Source: Gordius albopunctatus
Lineage: Eukaryota
Assembly (NCBI GenBank): GCA_964276515.1
Contig: OZ193910.1
Coordinates: forward strand, 6,324,001 to 6,388,000
Reading direction: 5' to 3'
DNA length: 64,000 nucleotides
Part shown: positions 62,279 through 64,000 of the stretch, piece after piece
Position numbering within the stretch: position 1 is the stretch's first letter
Layout of the letters: the number at the start of each line of letters is the position of its first letter
Program-made: the position numbers and the translations under genes
The notes under the pieces: model-generated
The model's database searches: none
What the model was told of the DNA's origin: nothing
What the model saw: the letters and a program-made list of their open reading frames with translations, nothing else

Positions 62279-64000
62279 GGTAGGCTCAATCAATAATTTA
62301 AAATTTACTAAATTAAAAAATGACAACCGAATTAGTATAATCTGTCGTGTACACAAACAAAACATGATTTGTAGTTTTATGAATATTTAAATAAAAATTT
62401 TTTTGAATATTTGAGGTCTTAAATACTGAGCTAAGATAGGTGTGCAGTAAGAGTCATACTCTGCTATTAAGGGTCCTCATTTGAAAGAGATTCTATTAAT
62501 AAAGTAGCATTACACACTTACGCTGCAGTAATGCCTATTTATTTTTCTGGCTGTCATATTCCAAGCCAAGTTAAATCTAAATTACATTTATAAAATTTGC
62601 CAATTAGTATAATATAGATAATTTATTACACAAAGAAATGTATTGGTATCATTGTTGTTCTTTATAGTGACCCTAATAATAAAGTAACAGTATCAAGGCA
62701 GAAAATAAAGTTTGGCATTACATAAACATTGGAAATAAAATTGAAAACGTTACGTTAGATAGGAAACATATTATCCGTGATAACGGGATAAAATATTTTT
62801 GGGGGACTTATTAAAAAAATTATCAAGAACAGAAAATTTTTGATATCTTATCGTTTTTGATTTATCGTTTAATATTAAATATATGCCAATTGTTACATTA
62901 TAATCTAGTTTGTCTCTAAATTATAAAAACAACCTTTATAAATATTTTATATTAAGGAATTTTATATATTTCTTGGATTTAAATAGTAAAATCTTTGTTT
63001 GTAATTATTAATAGAATTAATTCTTCAACTCAACAACGACAAAAATACCTTTTCAGGGTGATTAAGCTTATGTACTCTCGTGATATACAATTATGTGTTT
63101 GTTACTGGTGAGGTCACCCTATTGGCAAGGTCCTTGGTGAATGGTCAGATCAAAATATCTGCGCTTTGAGGGAGTGCAAGTAAAATGGAAGTGCTAGATT
63201 TGCTTAACAATATGAATCTATCAAACAAAAGTTAGTTTCAACAAGATGATGCATCATTGTGAGCATTATAACAAAAATACACTCCTCCATTGGAAAGCGT
63301 AAATTATTATTATGATGACTGGAATATAAATTTGTCATATCAACAAAAAGTGTCACAATTTTATCGGAAAAAAGTCGCTCAAAATAATCTTTCGGGGTTG
63401 ATGACGTCTATCTATACTAATACCTTTCTCCGACCACATAGAAGAAATAATTTTTTATCATCTTCCAATTCAAATTACTATAGAATTATGGACCCATTAG
63501 AAATAAAGAACAAATAATTTTTAAGTAGATCGTTTGAATTGTCTTTTATTTCACCTGAACTTTCTTTGTCAAGGGAAAAAAGATTTATATCTATTAGGGA
63601 ATTACGATTCTTCTAACGAGTTCAATGTCCTATTTATTTTACAAATTAAAACAAAAGTTATTGAAAACCTCATATTTTAAGCATAAATCTAAACCTTTTT
63701 TTTGTAAAAACTGTTTTTTTTGACTCTGTGGCTTTAGAAATTAAGGGCAGTGGAGCAAGGCATATTGTAAGATGGCTTCCAAAAATCTAAATTAAGCTTT
63801 TAAAGGTTATGTTTTAACAGGCATGGTTTACATGGTTAAAAAATAAGTAAAAAATTATTGTGAAAAAAGCCTTTTCCTATGTCACCTCTAGGTGACAATA
63901 AATTTAAACGCTAAAAAATATAGGATAAAATTATAATTATACAAAAAATTTATATGAAAAGAATCGGCAGGAATCACTCAACTCTTGTTTTCCTATAAGA

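Noticed and set aside
63057..63517. Possible gene or pseudogene at the right end
   Set aside because: Frames are interrupted by several stops and I recognise no protein family

Overview
AT-rich eukaryotic (animal) genomic DNA, not prokaryotic, with spliceosomal GT-AG introns, many only 34-48 nt long. Five host genes were reconstructed by hand: the first coding exon of FEZ/unc-76 (-), a complete 7-exon SRSF4/5/6 (B52-type) SR splicing factor (+), a complete 11-exon BTBD9 (-), a DOK7-like PH-PTB adaptor missing its first exon(s) (+), and a 2-exon POLD4 (-). Most of the remaining sequence is nested transposable elements: one hAT element with an intact 6-exon transposase, many non-autonomous hAT/MITE copies with 8-bp TSDs, Helitron-like elements with captured fragments, a large foldback element, RTE LINEs, and remnants of Gypsy, P/THAP9, MULE, RLE-type non-LTR and DIRS-like retroelements. 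I found no CRISPR array, rRNA or intact tRNA, and no clearly new biological system. The best leads are a candidate poison exon in the SR gene, the double-ended hAT element, the tiny introns, the Helitron structures and a DIRS/hepadna-like RNase H relic. All family assignments come from motif recognition by eye; no database searches were run.
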